This document shows, piece after piece, positions 38,636 through 48,915 of a stretch of 64,000 bases of DNA. The notes below the pieces were generated by a model, which saw nothing but the letters and a program-made list of their open reading frames with translations, made no database searches and was not told the DNA's origin. Positions within the stretch are counted from its first letter, which is position 1, and each line of letters begins with the position of its first letter. The translations under genes and the position numbers were made by a program. Source of the stretch: Fibrobacteria bacterium (lineage in GTDB: Bacteria; Fibrobacterota; Fibrobacteria; UBA11236). Location: NCBI GenBank assembly GCA_039926685.1, contig JBDSWM010000255.1, positions 7,353 to 71,352 of the forward strand, written 5' to 3'.

Positions 38636-40693
38636 ATGAAAGAATCCGGCACTCTCCTTCTTCCCGCCCCGGTCCAATTCCTGATTCTCGGGGACTGGAT
38701 TCTTTTCGCCATTCTTTCCTTCATTGCCTTCCAGAATCCCACCCGCTGGACTTCCGGATCCAAATGGGTTGTCTATTCGGGGTTGGCGATCATGAGCCTA
38801 TGGATCATGTTCTTTTGGTGGTGGACGGCCAATTCCGGTTCAGGGAATTGGCGGTTCGCATGGAGCCAACTTGTTCCCACCTTGGTTAAGGTATCGTGCC
38901 AGGTGCTCCTGCTGGGTATTGCCCTCATCATACTGTACAGCCTCAGTAAGCAATTGGGGGAAAAAACCTTGCCGCATCTGTTGGGCATCGAGTTTAAGTT
39001 TCCTTCCTTCCCCAATGCCCAGGTCATCCTTCCCGGGATCGTATGGGCCGGGTCTGTTTTCATGGCGGTCGTCTGCGCCTGGTTCCTGTTCCTGGCGGTT
39101 CAGGCTTATGGCCTCGTCTCTCCCTTGGGTTTTGGCGCATTTGCGGGTTTGCTCTTGGTTTCGGGGTCCTGGTGGCAGTATCGCTGCCTCGCAAAGGAAT
39201 TGGCCAAGGAATTGGCGGATAAGACGGCGTATTTACGATCGGTGCGGGAGAATCCCTCCGCGCAACCGGATTCTTTGACCATGAGCCGCTATCGTAGGCT
39301 GGTGGAGTACAGGTTGGGGACACGCGAGTGGAACGCCATGACCTTCCATCGCATGGCGGATGAACCGTATGGGCTGGCGTACCGGTTTCCGGGCTACCTG
39401 ATCGGAGTGGAACAGGCCAACCGGTACTTGATCGATGTGCCTAAGGGCGATAATGTGACCGCGGCCGGGAAAAAGGAGAGCGGCATTGCTCCCTTGCTGA
39501 ATGATCGCCGCCGTACCTTCGTTTCCCATATTTTCGAATTCGATGATCGGAATCCGGGCACGCGGGGTGGGGCCGATGCGCCTAGTGCCGAGATGGTGCG
39601 GACCAGAAAGATCTACAACATTTATGAAAGCCCGGATTATGATCAAGCCTTTAAGCGCGGTTTCGATGCCTTGGATACCTTGCGGGGTCTCTTGGACGCG
39701 AAGCTGGCCGTGACCAATGGCGAGGTTGTGGCGGGAGCCCCGGCGCCATCGCGGCGCAAGGCCGGCGCCTATACCCATATCCTCGTCTATTGCATGGGCT
39801 GGAATACGGATCAGCAGGAGTCAATGCGCAATTACAATAGCCTAATGGGATTCCTGGCCGAGGCGGCGGAAAAGTCAGGCGGCGGTGAGGCCTTCCGTCC
39901 CCTGGTCATCGGGTTGACCTGGCCTTCGGAATGGAGCGCCATGAAAGGGATCAGCTATGTGGCCAAGGCCGGCGACGCGGATGAGACCGGTTTGGTTTGG
40001 GGCTCCTATCTGCTGAAGAAGGTTTTAAAGCCGTTGAAGGTCGACTATGCCTTGCCCCTGGTCGTAGTAGGCCATAGTTTCGGGGTGCGCGTGCTGACGC
40101 GGGCGGTGGCTAGCAATCCCGATTGGGTCAAGGGAGCGGACGGGGGGGAGCCCTATGTCGATGAATCGGACAAGGTGAAGGAAATCGATTTATTCGTGGG
40201 CTTGCAAGGGGCCGTCAGCGCCAACCGCTTCGTGAAAACCGGGCCCCTGATCAGCGGGTGGGTGGAAGGATCGCCCTATGCCAAACTTCCGGGCATGGCC
40301 ACGCGTTTTATCCTAACCTGGGCCAATGGCGACAAGGCCAATCCCATTGCGGCCTATGTGACCGGAGCCCATCATGTGGGTGGAAGGTTCGGTAATGAGT
40401 TTTGCCTCCAGCACAAAGAGGCCTTTTGGCCCGTGCTGTTTGCGGCCGAGAAGGGGGTAGAGGGCGACAAGGATTGGGGACGTTGGCCTTACGACCAACC
40501 CGGACGCTTGTTCCAGCCGGATTCGGGATGGACGGATCTATCGCCGGAAATGGATGGGAAAATCATCACCATGGACGTGTCCGGCATCGTCAAGGACCAG
40601 CCCTACGGCAAAGGGGGCGGGGCCCATAGCGACATTTACACGCCCGAAATAGGGCGCTTCCTGTGGAAGTCCATAGTGGCCTTCGCGCCCTGA
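38636..40693 (+). CDS. polytopic membrane protein fused to C-terminal alpha/beta hydrolase (DUF900-like serine hydrolase)
   Basis: about 5 N-terminal TM helices in the first 170 aa; HILVYCMGWNT and nucleophile elbow VVVGHSFGVRVL. Confidence 0.6.
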   Translation: MKESGTLLLPAPVQFLILGDWILFAILSFIAFQNPTRWTSGSKWVVYSGLAIMSLWIMFFWWWTANSGSGNWRFAWSQLVPTLVKVSCQVLLLGIALIILYSLSKQLGEKTLPHLLGIEFKFPSFPNAQVILPGIVWAGSVFMAVVCAWFLFLAVQAYGLVSPLGFGAFAGLLLVSGSWWQYRCLAKELAKELADKTAYLRSVRENPSAQPDSLTMSRYRRLVEYRLGTREWNAMTFHRMADEPYGLAYRFPGYLIGVEQANRYLIDVPKGDNVTAAGKKESGIAPLLNDRRRTFVSHIFEFDDRNPGTRGGADAPSAEMVRTRKIYNIYESPDYDQAFKRGFDALDTLRGLLDAKLAVTNGEVVAGAPAPSRRKAGAYTHILVYCMGWNTDQQESMRNYNSLMGFLAEAAEKSGGGEAFRPLVIGLTWPSEWSAMKGISYVAKAGDADETGLVWGSYLLKKVLKPLKVDYALPLVVVGHSFGVRVLTRAVASNPDWVKGADGGEPYVDESDKVKEIDLFVGLQGAVSANRFVKTGPLISGWVEGSPYAKLPGMATRFILTWANGDKANPIAAYVTGAHHVGGRFGNEFCLQHKEAFWPVLFAAEKGVEGDKDWGRWPYDQPGRLFQPDSGWTDLSPEMDGKIITMDVSGIVKDQPYGKGGGAHSDIYTPEIGRFLWKSIVAFAP

Positions 40694-40786
40694 GCCTCCC
40701 GGGGGCATCTCCTGAGGTAGCCCCCAATTAACCGAGACCCGGATCAAATATAATAGAACGTTCATTCCATAATGTACATTTTTAAC

Positions 40787-40802
40787 TGGAACGATCGTTC
40801 CA
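40787..40802. promoter_or_regulatory. putative TetR-family operator upstream of the SDR-tetR operon
   Basis: perfect 16-nt palindrome TGGAACGATCGTTCCA 18 nt before the SDR ATG; related palindrome GAACGTTC at 40756..40763. Confidence 0.4.
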
Positions 40803-40819
40803 TTAAAAAAGGATGCATT

Positions 40820-41578
40820 ATGCAGAATCTAAAAGGGAAGAACGCGGTAATTACGGGCGGCAACAGCGGGATTGGGTACGCTACGGCCAAATTGATGAAG
40901 GAGGCCGGGGCCACCGTGGTCATTACCGGGCGCAATGCGGAAAAGGTGCGGGGCGCGGCGGATGAGTTGGGGGTAAAGGGTTTTGTCGGCGATGTGTCCG
41001 ACGTGGCCGCCATAACCAGGCTGGCGGCCGATGTGAAGGCGGCCATGGGAACGGTGGATATCCTTTTCGTGAATGCGGGCGTGTTTTATCCGACGCCGAT
41101 CGGGCAAATCGACGAGAAGCTGTTCGACGTGCAAATGGGTATCAATTTCAAAGGCGCGGTTTTCACCCTGGAAAGGTTTTTGCCTTTGCTGAGCGAGGGC
41201 GCTTCGGTGATCAACCTGTCCTCCGTGAATGCCTACACCGGCATGGCCAATACCGCGGTCTATGCGGCCAGCAAGGCGGCCATGAACTCCTTTACCCGCA
41301 CGGCGGCCACGGAATTGGCGCCCAGGAAGATCCGCGTGAATGCCATCAATCCCGGTCCCGTGACCACGCCCATTTTCGGGAAGGCGGGATTCGATGAGGC
41401 GGCCATGAGCGCTTTCGGGGCGGCCGTGATCAACCGGATTCCCCTCAAGCGATTCGGGAATCCGGAGGAAATAGCTAAATTGGTGGTGTTCTTGGCCTCC
41501 GATGACTCCTCCTTCATCACGGGATCGGAGTACAATATCGACGGCGGCATCAATGTGAATCCTATACTATTAGGGTGA
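40820..41578 (+). CDS. SDR family NAD(P)-dependent oxidoreductase
   Basis: KNAVITGGNSGIGYATAK (TGxxxGxG) and YAASKAA (YxxxK). Confidence 0.8.
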   Translation: MQNLKGKNAVITGGNSGIGYATAKLMKEAGATVVITGRNAEKVRGAADELGVKGFVGDVSDVAAITRLAADVKAAMGTVDILFVNAGVFYPTPIGQIDEKLFDVQMGINFKGAVFTLERFLPLLSEGASVINLSSVNAYTGMANTAVYAASKAAMNSFTRTAATELAPRKIRVNAINPGPVTTPIFGKAGFDEAAMSAFGAAVINRIPLKRFGNPEEIAKLVVFLASDDSSFITGSEYNIDGGINVNPILLG

Positions 41579-41599
41579 CGTTGGATATGTAAGGAATCC

Positions 41600-42187
41600 A
41601 TGGGCCGACCGAAAGAATTTTCCCGGGAAAAGACGCTCGTCAAGGCCATGGAATTGTTCCGCAAGCAAGGCTATCATGCCACCTCCATCGACGATCTGGT
41701 GCAGGAATTGGGCGTCAATCGGGCCAGCCTGTACGAAACCTATGGGGGCAAGCGCGAGGTCTTCGCCGAAGCCTTGGACATTTATACCCAAGGGGCATGC
41801 TTGAGAATGAAGGCCTTCCTGGACGCCCAGAAAGGCGTTAAGGAGGGCATCAGGAATCTATTCCTGGCCAGCCTTCAGGACATGAAATCGGGACCGGTAT
41901 CGGTGGGCTGTCTGGCTTTGAATACCACCATCGAGCTTTTGCCCCTCGACAAGGAAGTGAAGCCTTGCTTGCTCGGGCATCAAAAGCGCATCCAGGGCTT
42001 TTACGTGGATTTCATCCGCAAAGGCATGGCCACGGGTGAAATCGCCTCCGGCAAGGATGCCGATGCCATAGCGGAATTCCTGTACGCCTTCTTCGCCGGG
42101 CTCGGCGTCCTCGTCAAGCTTCAACCGGATGAGGCGCGGCTGATCCCGGCCATCGATGAGGCGCTTAAGGTTCTCGACGGTCCCTAA
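41600..42187 (+). CDS. TetR/AcrR family transcriptional regulator
   Basis: N-terminal HTH KAMELFRKQGYHATSIDDLVQELGVNRASLYETYGGKREVF. Confidence 0.8.
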   Translation: MGRPKEFSREKTLVKAMELFRKQGYHATSIDDLVQELGVNRASLYETYGGKREVFAEALDIYTQGACLRMKAFLDAQKGVKEGIRNLFLASLQDMKSGPVSVGCLALNTTIELLPLDKEVKPCLLGHQKRIQGFYVDFIRKGMATGEIASGKDADAIAEFLYAFFAGLGVLVKLQPDEARLIPAIDEALKVLDGP

Positions 42188-42206
42188 CCGTATCAGAAGG
42201 AGTCGC

Positions 42207-43631
42207 ATGCTATCGCCAATCCATGCCCTGGCTTGGGTTTTCGTCCTGGGTTTCGCGCTGACCCAAAGCGCATCCGCCGGAACCGTGGAGGATTTGGACG
42301 CATGGCTCAAGCTGGATCGCAATACCCGGCCCGCTTTGACGACCCAGGCTTTCTCGAGCGCGCCTCTCTCGGCCGCCGAAAGCGAATCGGCGCGCCAGTT
42401 GATTTGGGCCGAGCGCATCGCCTGGGTCAAGGCGCAATGGGGGAGCCAGTGGACCGGGAAGCGCCTTTCCCAGGGCGCTTTGCAAATGCCTTTCGACTAT
42501 CGCATCTACGGGGCCAAACCGGCGGCCGGCTACGACTTCTACATCTCCATGCATGGCGGCGGCGACGCCGCTCCCGAGGTGAATGATGAGCAATGGGAGA
42601 ACCAAATCATCCTGTACCATCCTCCGGGGGTATACTTGGCGCCGCGGGCGCCTACCGATGCCTGGAACATGTGGCATCGGGAACATATCGACGGCTTCTT
42701 CGATCGCCTAATACAGTTGGCGGTGGCCTATCAGGGCGTGAATCCCGACCGGGCCTATGTGATGGGTTATTCCGCCGGCGGCGACGGCGCCTACCAGTTG
42801 ATCCCGCGCATGGCCGATCGGTGGGCGGCGGGAGCCATGATGGCGGGCTATCCCAATGCCGCCTCGCCGGTGAACCTGCGCAATATCGGCATGAACCTGC
42901 AAGTGGGTGGATTGGACGCGGCCTACAACCGCAACACCTTGGCGGTGGATTTCGGCAAGCAGATCCAGAAGCTGCAGGATGCCGATCCCGGCTTCTATAA
43001 ATACCAGGTCAAGTCCTATCCCGACAAGGGCCATTGGATGGATCAATTGGATACTTCGGCCCTGCCTTGGATGCAAGCCTTCACCCGCGATCCCCATCCC
43101 AAAAAAGTCGTATGGCTCCAGGACACCACAGTGGGTTCCCCGCTAGCGACCACGGATCCCAAGGTGAAGGATCCTCCGACGCAATGGCGCTTCTATTGGG
43201 TGGGCCGACCCGATCGAAAAACGACGCCGCGTCAAGGCGCCATCACTGCCGTCATCTCCGGACAGGAGGTGCGCATCGAGTCCACCAACCTGGATTCGGT
43301 GGAGATTTGGCTCAATGACAAGCTATTGGATCTCTCGAAACCGCTTTCCGTGTATTGGAAAGGCGCCAAGGTGTTCGAAGGCGCGCTGACACGCACGGCA
43401 GCGACCCTTTTCCGCAGCGTGGATTTGCGCGGGGATAAGGAGCTGGTTTACCCGGCTATGTTAACGGTGAACTCCCAAGGCGTGGGCGCGACGTCCTTGG
43501 CCAGGAACAAGGCGCCGAAGCCGGACGGGAAGAACCGGATGCGCGCGGAATGGCGGAATAGGATCACGGATTTGAACGGCCGCATGGCGCCGGCCCGCCC
43601 GGGCAATACGGCTCACGTGGTGATCCCCTGA
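42207..43631 (+). CDS. secreted alpha/beta hydrolase (esterase/PHB-depolymerase-like)
   Basis: ATG 42207 with AGAAGGAG RBS; signal MLSPIHALAWVFVLGFALTQSASA; ISMHGGGD and GxSxG YVMGYSAGGDGAY. Confidence 0.6.
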   Translation: MLSPIHALAWVFVLGFALTQSASAGTVEDLDAWLKLDRNTRPALTTQAFSSAPLSAAESESARQLIWAERIAWVKAQWGSQWTGKRLSQGALQMPFDYRIYGAKPAAGYDFYISMHGGGDAAPEVNDEQWENQIILYHPPGVYLAPRAPTDAWNMWHREHIDGFFDRLIQLAVAYQGVNPDRAYVMGYSAGGDGAYQLIPRMADRWAAGAMMAGYPNAASPVNLRNIGMNLQVGGLDAAYNRNTLAVDFGKQIQKLQDADPGFYKYQVKSYPDKGHWMDQLDTSALPWMQAFTRDPHPKKVVWLQDTTVGSPLATTDPKVKDPPTQWRFYWVGRPDRKTTPRQGAITAVISGQEVRIESTNLDSVEIWLNDKLLDLSKPLSVYWKGAKVFEGALTRTAATLFRSVDLRGDKELVYPAMLTVNSQGVGATSLARNKAPKPDGKNRMRAEWRNRITDLNGRMAPARPGNTAHVVIP

Positions 43632-43678
43632 ACGCTGGGATACGCAATCAAAGCGCAGGCCCGGCCCTGTTCGCGTTA

Positions 43679-44245
43679 TTGAAGCGAAACGTGAGCAAGC
43701 ATGTAGCCTTTACCCACGCGGAAATGGATGCTTTCTGTGCCTCTTTCAAACCGCGTCAGGTAAAGAAGAAGGAATACCTCTTACGTGAAGGGGAAGTGTG
43801 CCGCTTCGAGGGCTTCGTCACCCAGGGGTGTTTCCGGATTTTCACCACCGACAGGGAAGGCCTGGAAAGCACCCTCTATTTCGCCGTGGAGGATTGGTGG
43901 GTCACCGACATCGATAGCTTCACCAATCACGCCCCCGCCCACCTGTCCATCCAGGCGCTGGAGGACGGCGAAGTCCTATTGATCGAAAAGGCGGATAAAG
44001 AGTCGATCTATGCTTCCATGCCTAAAGTGGAAAAGCTGTTCCGTATCATGACCCAAAAGTCCCTGGTGGCGCTGCAACGTAGGGTCATCCGCAACCACAC
44101 CCTCACAGCCGAGGAGCGGTACCTGCATTTCCTCGGCGCCTACCCCGACATCGCCCGCCGGCTGACCAACCTCCATGTCGCCTCCTATCTGGGCATCACC
44201 CACGAATTCGTAAGCAAGATCCGCCGCAAACTCGCCCGCAAATGA
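43679..44245 (+). CDS. Crp/Fnr family transcriptional regulator
   Basis: cNMP-binding beta-roll EGEVCRFEGFVTQGCFRIF and C-terminal HTH RRLTNLHVASYLGITHEFVSKIRRKL; ORF-track start is TTG, alternative ATG at 43724. Confidence 0.7.
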   Translation: MKRNVSKHVAFTHAEMDAFCASFKPRQVKKKEYLLREGEVCRFEGFVTQGCFRIFTTDREGLESTLYFAVEDWWVTDIDSFTNHAPAHLSIQALEDGEVLLIEKADKESIYASMPKVEKLFRIMTQKSLVALQRRVIRNHTLTAEERYLHFLGAYPDIARRLTNLHVASYLGITHEFVSKIRRKLARK

Positions 44246-44256
44246 CCGGGAATTTA

Positions 44257-44270
44257 TTGAACTAGTTCAA
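44257..44270. promoter_or_regulatory. FNR/CRP-type palindromic box upstream of the MBL-hydrolase operon
   Basis: TTGAACTAGTTCAA (TTGAA-N4-TTCAA) 53 nt upstream of ATG 44323, directly downstream of the Crp/Fnr gene. Confidence 0.45.
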
Positions 44271-44322
44271 GGCAGATCGATCCCGGCCATGGTTATCTTC
44301 AGATCATTACGCAAGAGGAGCG

Positions 44323-45144
44323 ATGACCATGAATGCGAATGCGAACAGCTTGAAATACGAAGTCTATCGGGCGGATGCGAACAGCTTCCACGTCGGATCG
44401 GTCCTGATATCGGGCGAAAAAGACGCGATCCTGATCGATGCCCAGTTCACCCTCGCGGATGCGCACCGGGTTGCCGCGAATATCCTGGCGGCGGGGAAAA
44501 ATCTTACCGCCATCTATATCAGCCATGGGGATCCCGATTACTACTTCGGTTTGGACGTGCTTCGCCAGGCCTTCCCGGCCGCGCGTATCTGGTCCACACG
44601 TCCCACTCTGGAGCATATCCGCAAAACCTTTGAGAAGAAGCTCGCCGTTTGGGGGCCCAAACTGGGTCAGAACGGGACCAAGAACGTCGTTTTCCCCGAA
44701 GTTCTGGAAGGGGATAGCTTGCAGCTGGAAGGGCATGCTTTGGTGATCAAGGGCCTGGAGGGTCCATCGCCGGATCGCACCTATGTATGGATCCCGGATT
44801 TGAAGGCCATCGTGGGAGGCGTTAACGTTTACGACAACCTGCATCTTTGGACCGCGGATGCGGGCACCAAGGAAAAGCGCCAGGCCTGGCTTTCCATCCT
44901 TAGCGGCATGGAAAAGCTCGGCGCCGAGATCGTGGTCCCCGGCCATGCCTTGGACGACCGCAACCTCAACGCCAAAGCAATCGCGTTTTCCAAGAACTAT
45001 CTGACGGTGTTCGATCAGGAGGATGAAATAGCCAAGGATTCCGCGGAATTGATCTCGGCCATGCAAATGCTGTATCCGGACGCGCAGTTGGGTATCGCCC
45101 TGCAATTAGGCGCCAAGGTGACCAAAGGTGAAATGACCTGGTAA
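44323..45144 (+). CDS. MBL-fold metallo-hydrolase
   Basis: AAGAGGAG RBS; metal-binding motif ISHGDPDYYFG; beta-lactamase-fold pattern. Confidence 0.75.
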   Translation: MTMNANANSLKYEVYRADANSFHVGSVLISGEKDAILIDAQFTLADAHRVAANILAAGKNLTAIYISHGDPDYYFGLDVLRQAFPAARIWSTRPTLEHIRKTFEKKLAVWGPKLGQNGTKNVVFPEVLEGDSLQLEGHALVIKGLEGPSPDRTYVWIPDLKAIVGGVNVYDNLHLWTADAGTKEKRQAWLSILSGMEKLGAEIVVPGHALDDRNLNAKAIAFSKNYLTVFDQEDEIAKDSAELISAMQMLYPDAQLGIALQLGAKVTKGEMTW

Positions 45145-45156
45145 GGGGGAAAAGCC

Positions 45157-45561
45157 ATGACCAACCTGGAGATCGTGAAAAGCACCTATGAAGGAGAATC
45201 ATCGGAAGAGAACGGCAGGAATCTCGAGCGTCACTTGGCTCCGGACTCCACGTGGAGGGAAGCGGAGGGGTTCCCGTACGCCGGCTTCTATCGGGGGTTC
45301 GCTGAAGTCGCGGAAAAGGTTTTCGCCAAACTGGCCGGGGAATGGATAGGCTACCGTTTCACGCCCGAGGGTTATGTCGCTGATGGGGACAAGGTTGTCG
45401 CCTACGGGACCTACCAGGGTACGTTCAAGCGAACGGGAAAGGAGATGCGGGCCAGGGTGGCCCATCTCTGGAAGTTGAAAGACGGAAAGATCATCGCTTT
45501 CGAGCAGTTTGTCGATAGCGTACCCGTGGCCAATGCATTGCTGGATACTCCCAACCCATGA
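45157..45561 (+). CDS. SnoaL-like/nuclear transport factor 2 family protein
   Basis: 134 aa alpha+beta pattern with AEDAVW..-type core; RBS AAGGGGGA upstream. Confidence 0.6.
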   Translation: MTNLEIVKSTYEGESSEENGRNLERHLAPDSTWREAEGFPYAGFYRGFAEVAEKVFAKLAGEWIGYRFTPEGYVADGDKVVAYGTYQGTFKRTGKEMRARVAHLWKLKDGKIIAFEQFVDSVPVANALLDTPNP

Positions 45562-45576
45562 ATTGATTGAACTCGA

Positions 45577-46797
45577 TCACTCATACCGTAAGGCGTCGAT
45601 CGGATTCAGCATCGCCGCCTTGCGGGCCGGATACCATCCGAAGAATATCCCCGTGGCCGCGCTGAACAAGAAGGCGATGAGCATCGACGAGGGTGACAGT
45701 TTCACCGCCCATCCCTGCAGGGAGGAAAGCAGTGTCGAGACTCCCGCCCCGAAGGCGATGCCGATGAGGCCGCCGAAAAAGCTGATAACCACCGCCTCCA
45801 CCAGGAATTGCAGCAGGATGTCCCGTCCCTTGGCCCCCACGGCCAGGCGGATGCCGATTTCGCGTGTGCGCTCCGTAACGGAAACCAGCATGATGTTCAT
45901 GATGCCGATGCCGCCTACCAGAAGCGAGATGGCCGCAATGCTGGAGAGCAGCACCGTCATGGTCTGGGTCACGCTGCCGGCCGTTTGCGCGATTTCCGTC
46001 TGGGTGCGGATGGTATAGTCCGCCACGTCGCTGGGCCCCAGATGGAAGCGGTTGCGGAGAACCTCATCGATTTGCGCCGAGGCCTCCGGGATGGCCTCCT
46101 CGGACACGGCGGAAGCCGTGAGGTTCTGGGCGTAGGTGGAGCCCACCAGCTTCTTGAGCACGGTGGAATAGGGGGCGATGATGATATCGTCCTGATCCTG
46201 GCCGAAGGAGCCCTGGCCCTTCGCTTCCATGAGGCCGATGACGCGGAAGGGCAGATTCTTGATGCGGATGGTCTGGCCCACGGGATTGACGCCTTCGCCG
46301 AAGAGATTGGTGGCCACGGTCTGGCCCAGCAAGGCCACCTTGGAGGCGCCCCGCTCGTCGGACATGCTGAAGTTGACGCCTTCGGAAGGATTCCAATTGC
46401 GGATTTGCAGGTACTCCGGGTAGGCGCCGAAAACGCTGGTGCGCCAGTTCTGGCCGGCGTACTTCACCTGCGCGCCGCTGCGCGTGGTGGGGGTGATGTA
46501 GTTGAGGCCTTCCGCCCCCTTGCGGATGGCTTCCACATCCTCTTCGGTGAGGCGGCTGGAAGTGCCCGCATCCGTGCGCACCGTGCCCGGGCCGCCGCCG
46601 CCGGGAAATACGGTGATGACATTGGTGCCCAAGCCGGCTATGCTCTTGGCCACCGTTTCCTTGGCGCCTTGCCCCACGGAGAGCATGGCTATCACGGCCG
46701 CGACGCCGATGATGATGCCGAGCATGGTGAGGATGGAGCGCAGCTTGTTGCGCGACAGGGAGCGCATGGCTATCATGAGCAAAGCGGTCATGCGCAT
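45577..46797 (-). CDS. macB: MacB-type ABC transporter permease (FtsX-like)
   Basis: MRMTALLMIAMRSLSRNKLRSILTMLGIIIGVAAVIAMLSVG...; C-terminal FtsX domain. Confidence 0.8.
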   Translation of the reverse strand: MRMTALLMIAMRSLSRNKLRSILTMLGIIIGVAAVIAMLSVGQGAKETVAKSIAGLGTNVITVFPGGGGPGTVRTDAGTSSRLTEEDVEAIRKGAEGLNYITPTTRSGAQVKYAGQNWRTSVFGAYPEYLQIRNWNPSEGVNFSMSDERGASKVALLGQTVATNLFGEGVNPVGQTIRIKNLPFRVIGLMEAKGQGSFGQDQDDIIIAPYSTVLKKLVGSTYAQNLTASAVSEEAIPEASAQIDEVLRNRFHLGPSDVADYTIRTQTEIAQTAGSVTQTMTVLLSSIAAISLLVGGIGIMNIMLVSVTERTREIGIRLAVGAKGRDILLQFLVEAVVISFFGGLIGIAFGAGVSTLLSSLQGWAVKLSPSSMLIAFLFSAATGIFFGWYPARKAAMLNPIDALRYE

Positions 46798-46798
46798 G

Positions 46799-47598
<800 letters not shown>

Positions 47599-47602
<4 letters not shown>

Positions 47603-48915
47603 TGGGCCCTGCCTCCGCTGCTACCGCGGCCGCCCCCGCGCGGCATGCCGAAGGGGGAGGCTGCTGGGGCGTCGCCTGCTTTGGGGGCCTCCACGCCGGT
47701 GATCACTTCTACGCCCGCTTCCAGATCGCCTGTGATCTCCGTATGGGTTCCATCCGTGAGGCCGGCCTGCACATGGACCGGTCTGGGTTTGCCGTTCTCC
47801 AGGATGAAAACGCGCCCGGAGCCTTCGCCACGGCGTCCTTTGCCTTCCTTGCCGCCCCAACGATGGGCTGAATTGGCATTTGAATCCATTAGCCCGGCAC
47901 CGCCCGCCATGCGGCCTCCCGCGCTGTCGGATGGGGCGGATTTGCCGGGACGCTTTCCATCCTTGCCGCCCTTCTTGCCCTTGACGCCCATGCCTTCGAA
48001 GGGGTTGAAGCGCAAGGCCGCGGCCGGCACTTGCAGCACATCCTCTTTGCGGGCGATGACTATGGTAAGGCTGGCGGTCATGCCGGGCATGAGTTTCAGT
48101 TGCGGATTGGGCACGCTGATCACCACATCGTAGCTGACCACGTTCTGCACGGTGACGGGCTGCAGGCGGATTTGCTCGACCTGGCCGATGAAGACGGAAT
48201 CCGGATAGGCGTCCACGGTGAAGGTGGCCCGCTGCCCGAGGCTGACCTTGCCGATGTCGGCTTCATCCACGGAGGCTTGCACCTGCATCTGGCGCAAATC
48301 CCCGGCGATGGTGAACAGGGTGGGGGTGTTGAAGCTGGCGGCCACGGTCTGGCCCACGTCCACGGCGCGCGAGAGCACTATGCCGTCGATGGGGGAGACG
48401 ATGGTGGCGTAGCGGAGGTTGATGCGGGCCCGGTCCACCTGCGCGCGCGCCGAAGCCAGGTTGGCGGCGGCCACGTCCGCGTTGGCCACGGCGGCATCCA
48501 GATCGGACTGGGATATAAGGCCGCCGGAGAAAAGGGCCTGGCTGCGCTTCCGCTCCGAGGCGGCCTGGAGATTCTGGGCCGCCACCTTCTCCACGTTGGA
48601 GTTGGCGTCGCTGAGCGCGGCGCGCAGCAAGGTGGTGTCGATGCGGGCGATGATCTGGTTCTTCTTCACCTGGGAATTGAAATCCACGTACAAGGCGGAT
48701 ACGGTGCCGGAAACCTGCGTGCCCACCTGGACGGTCAGCACGGCCTGCAAGGTGCCCGTGGCGGTGACGGAAACCTGCAAGGGGCCTTTTTCCACCGCGG
48801 CGGTCCTCCATTTGATCTCGGCCGGCTTGCCGCCCCATATCCAGTAGGCGCCCAGGCCGGCGAGGATCACGACAGCGATGACAACGAGGAGGGATTTGCC
48901 TTTGAACAACGACAT
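47599..48915 (-). CDS. macA: efflux transporter periplasmic adaptor subunit (MacA/HlyD family)
   Basis: N-terminal TM anchor, coiled-coil and beta-barrel pattern; 4-nt overlap with the ATPase gene and 1-nt overlap with tolC. Confidence 0.8.
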
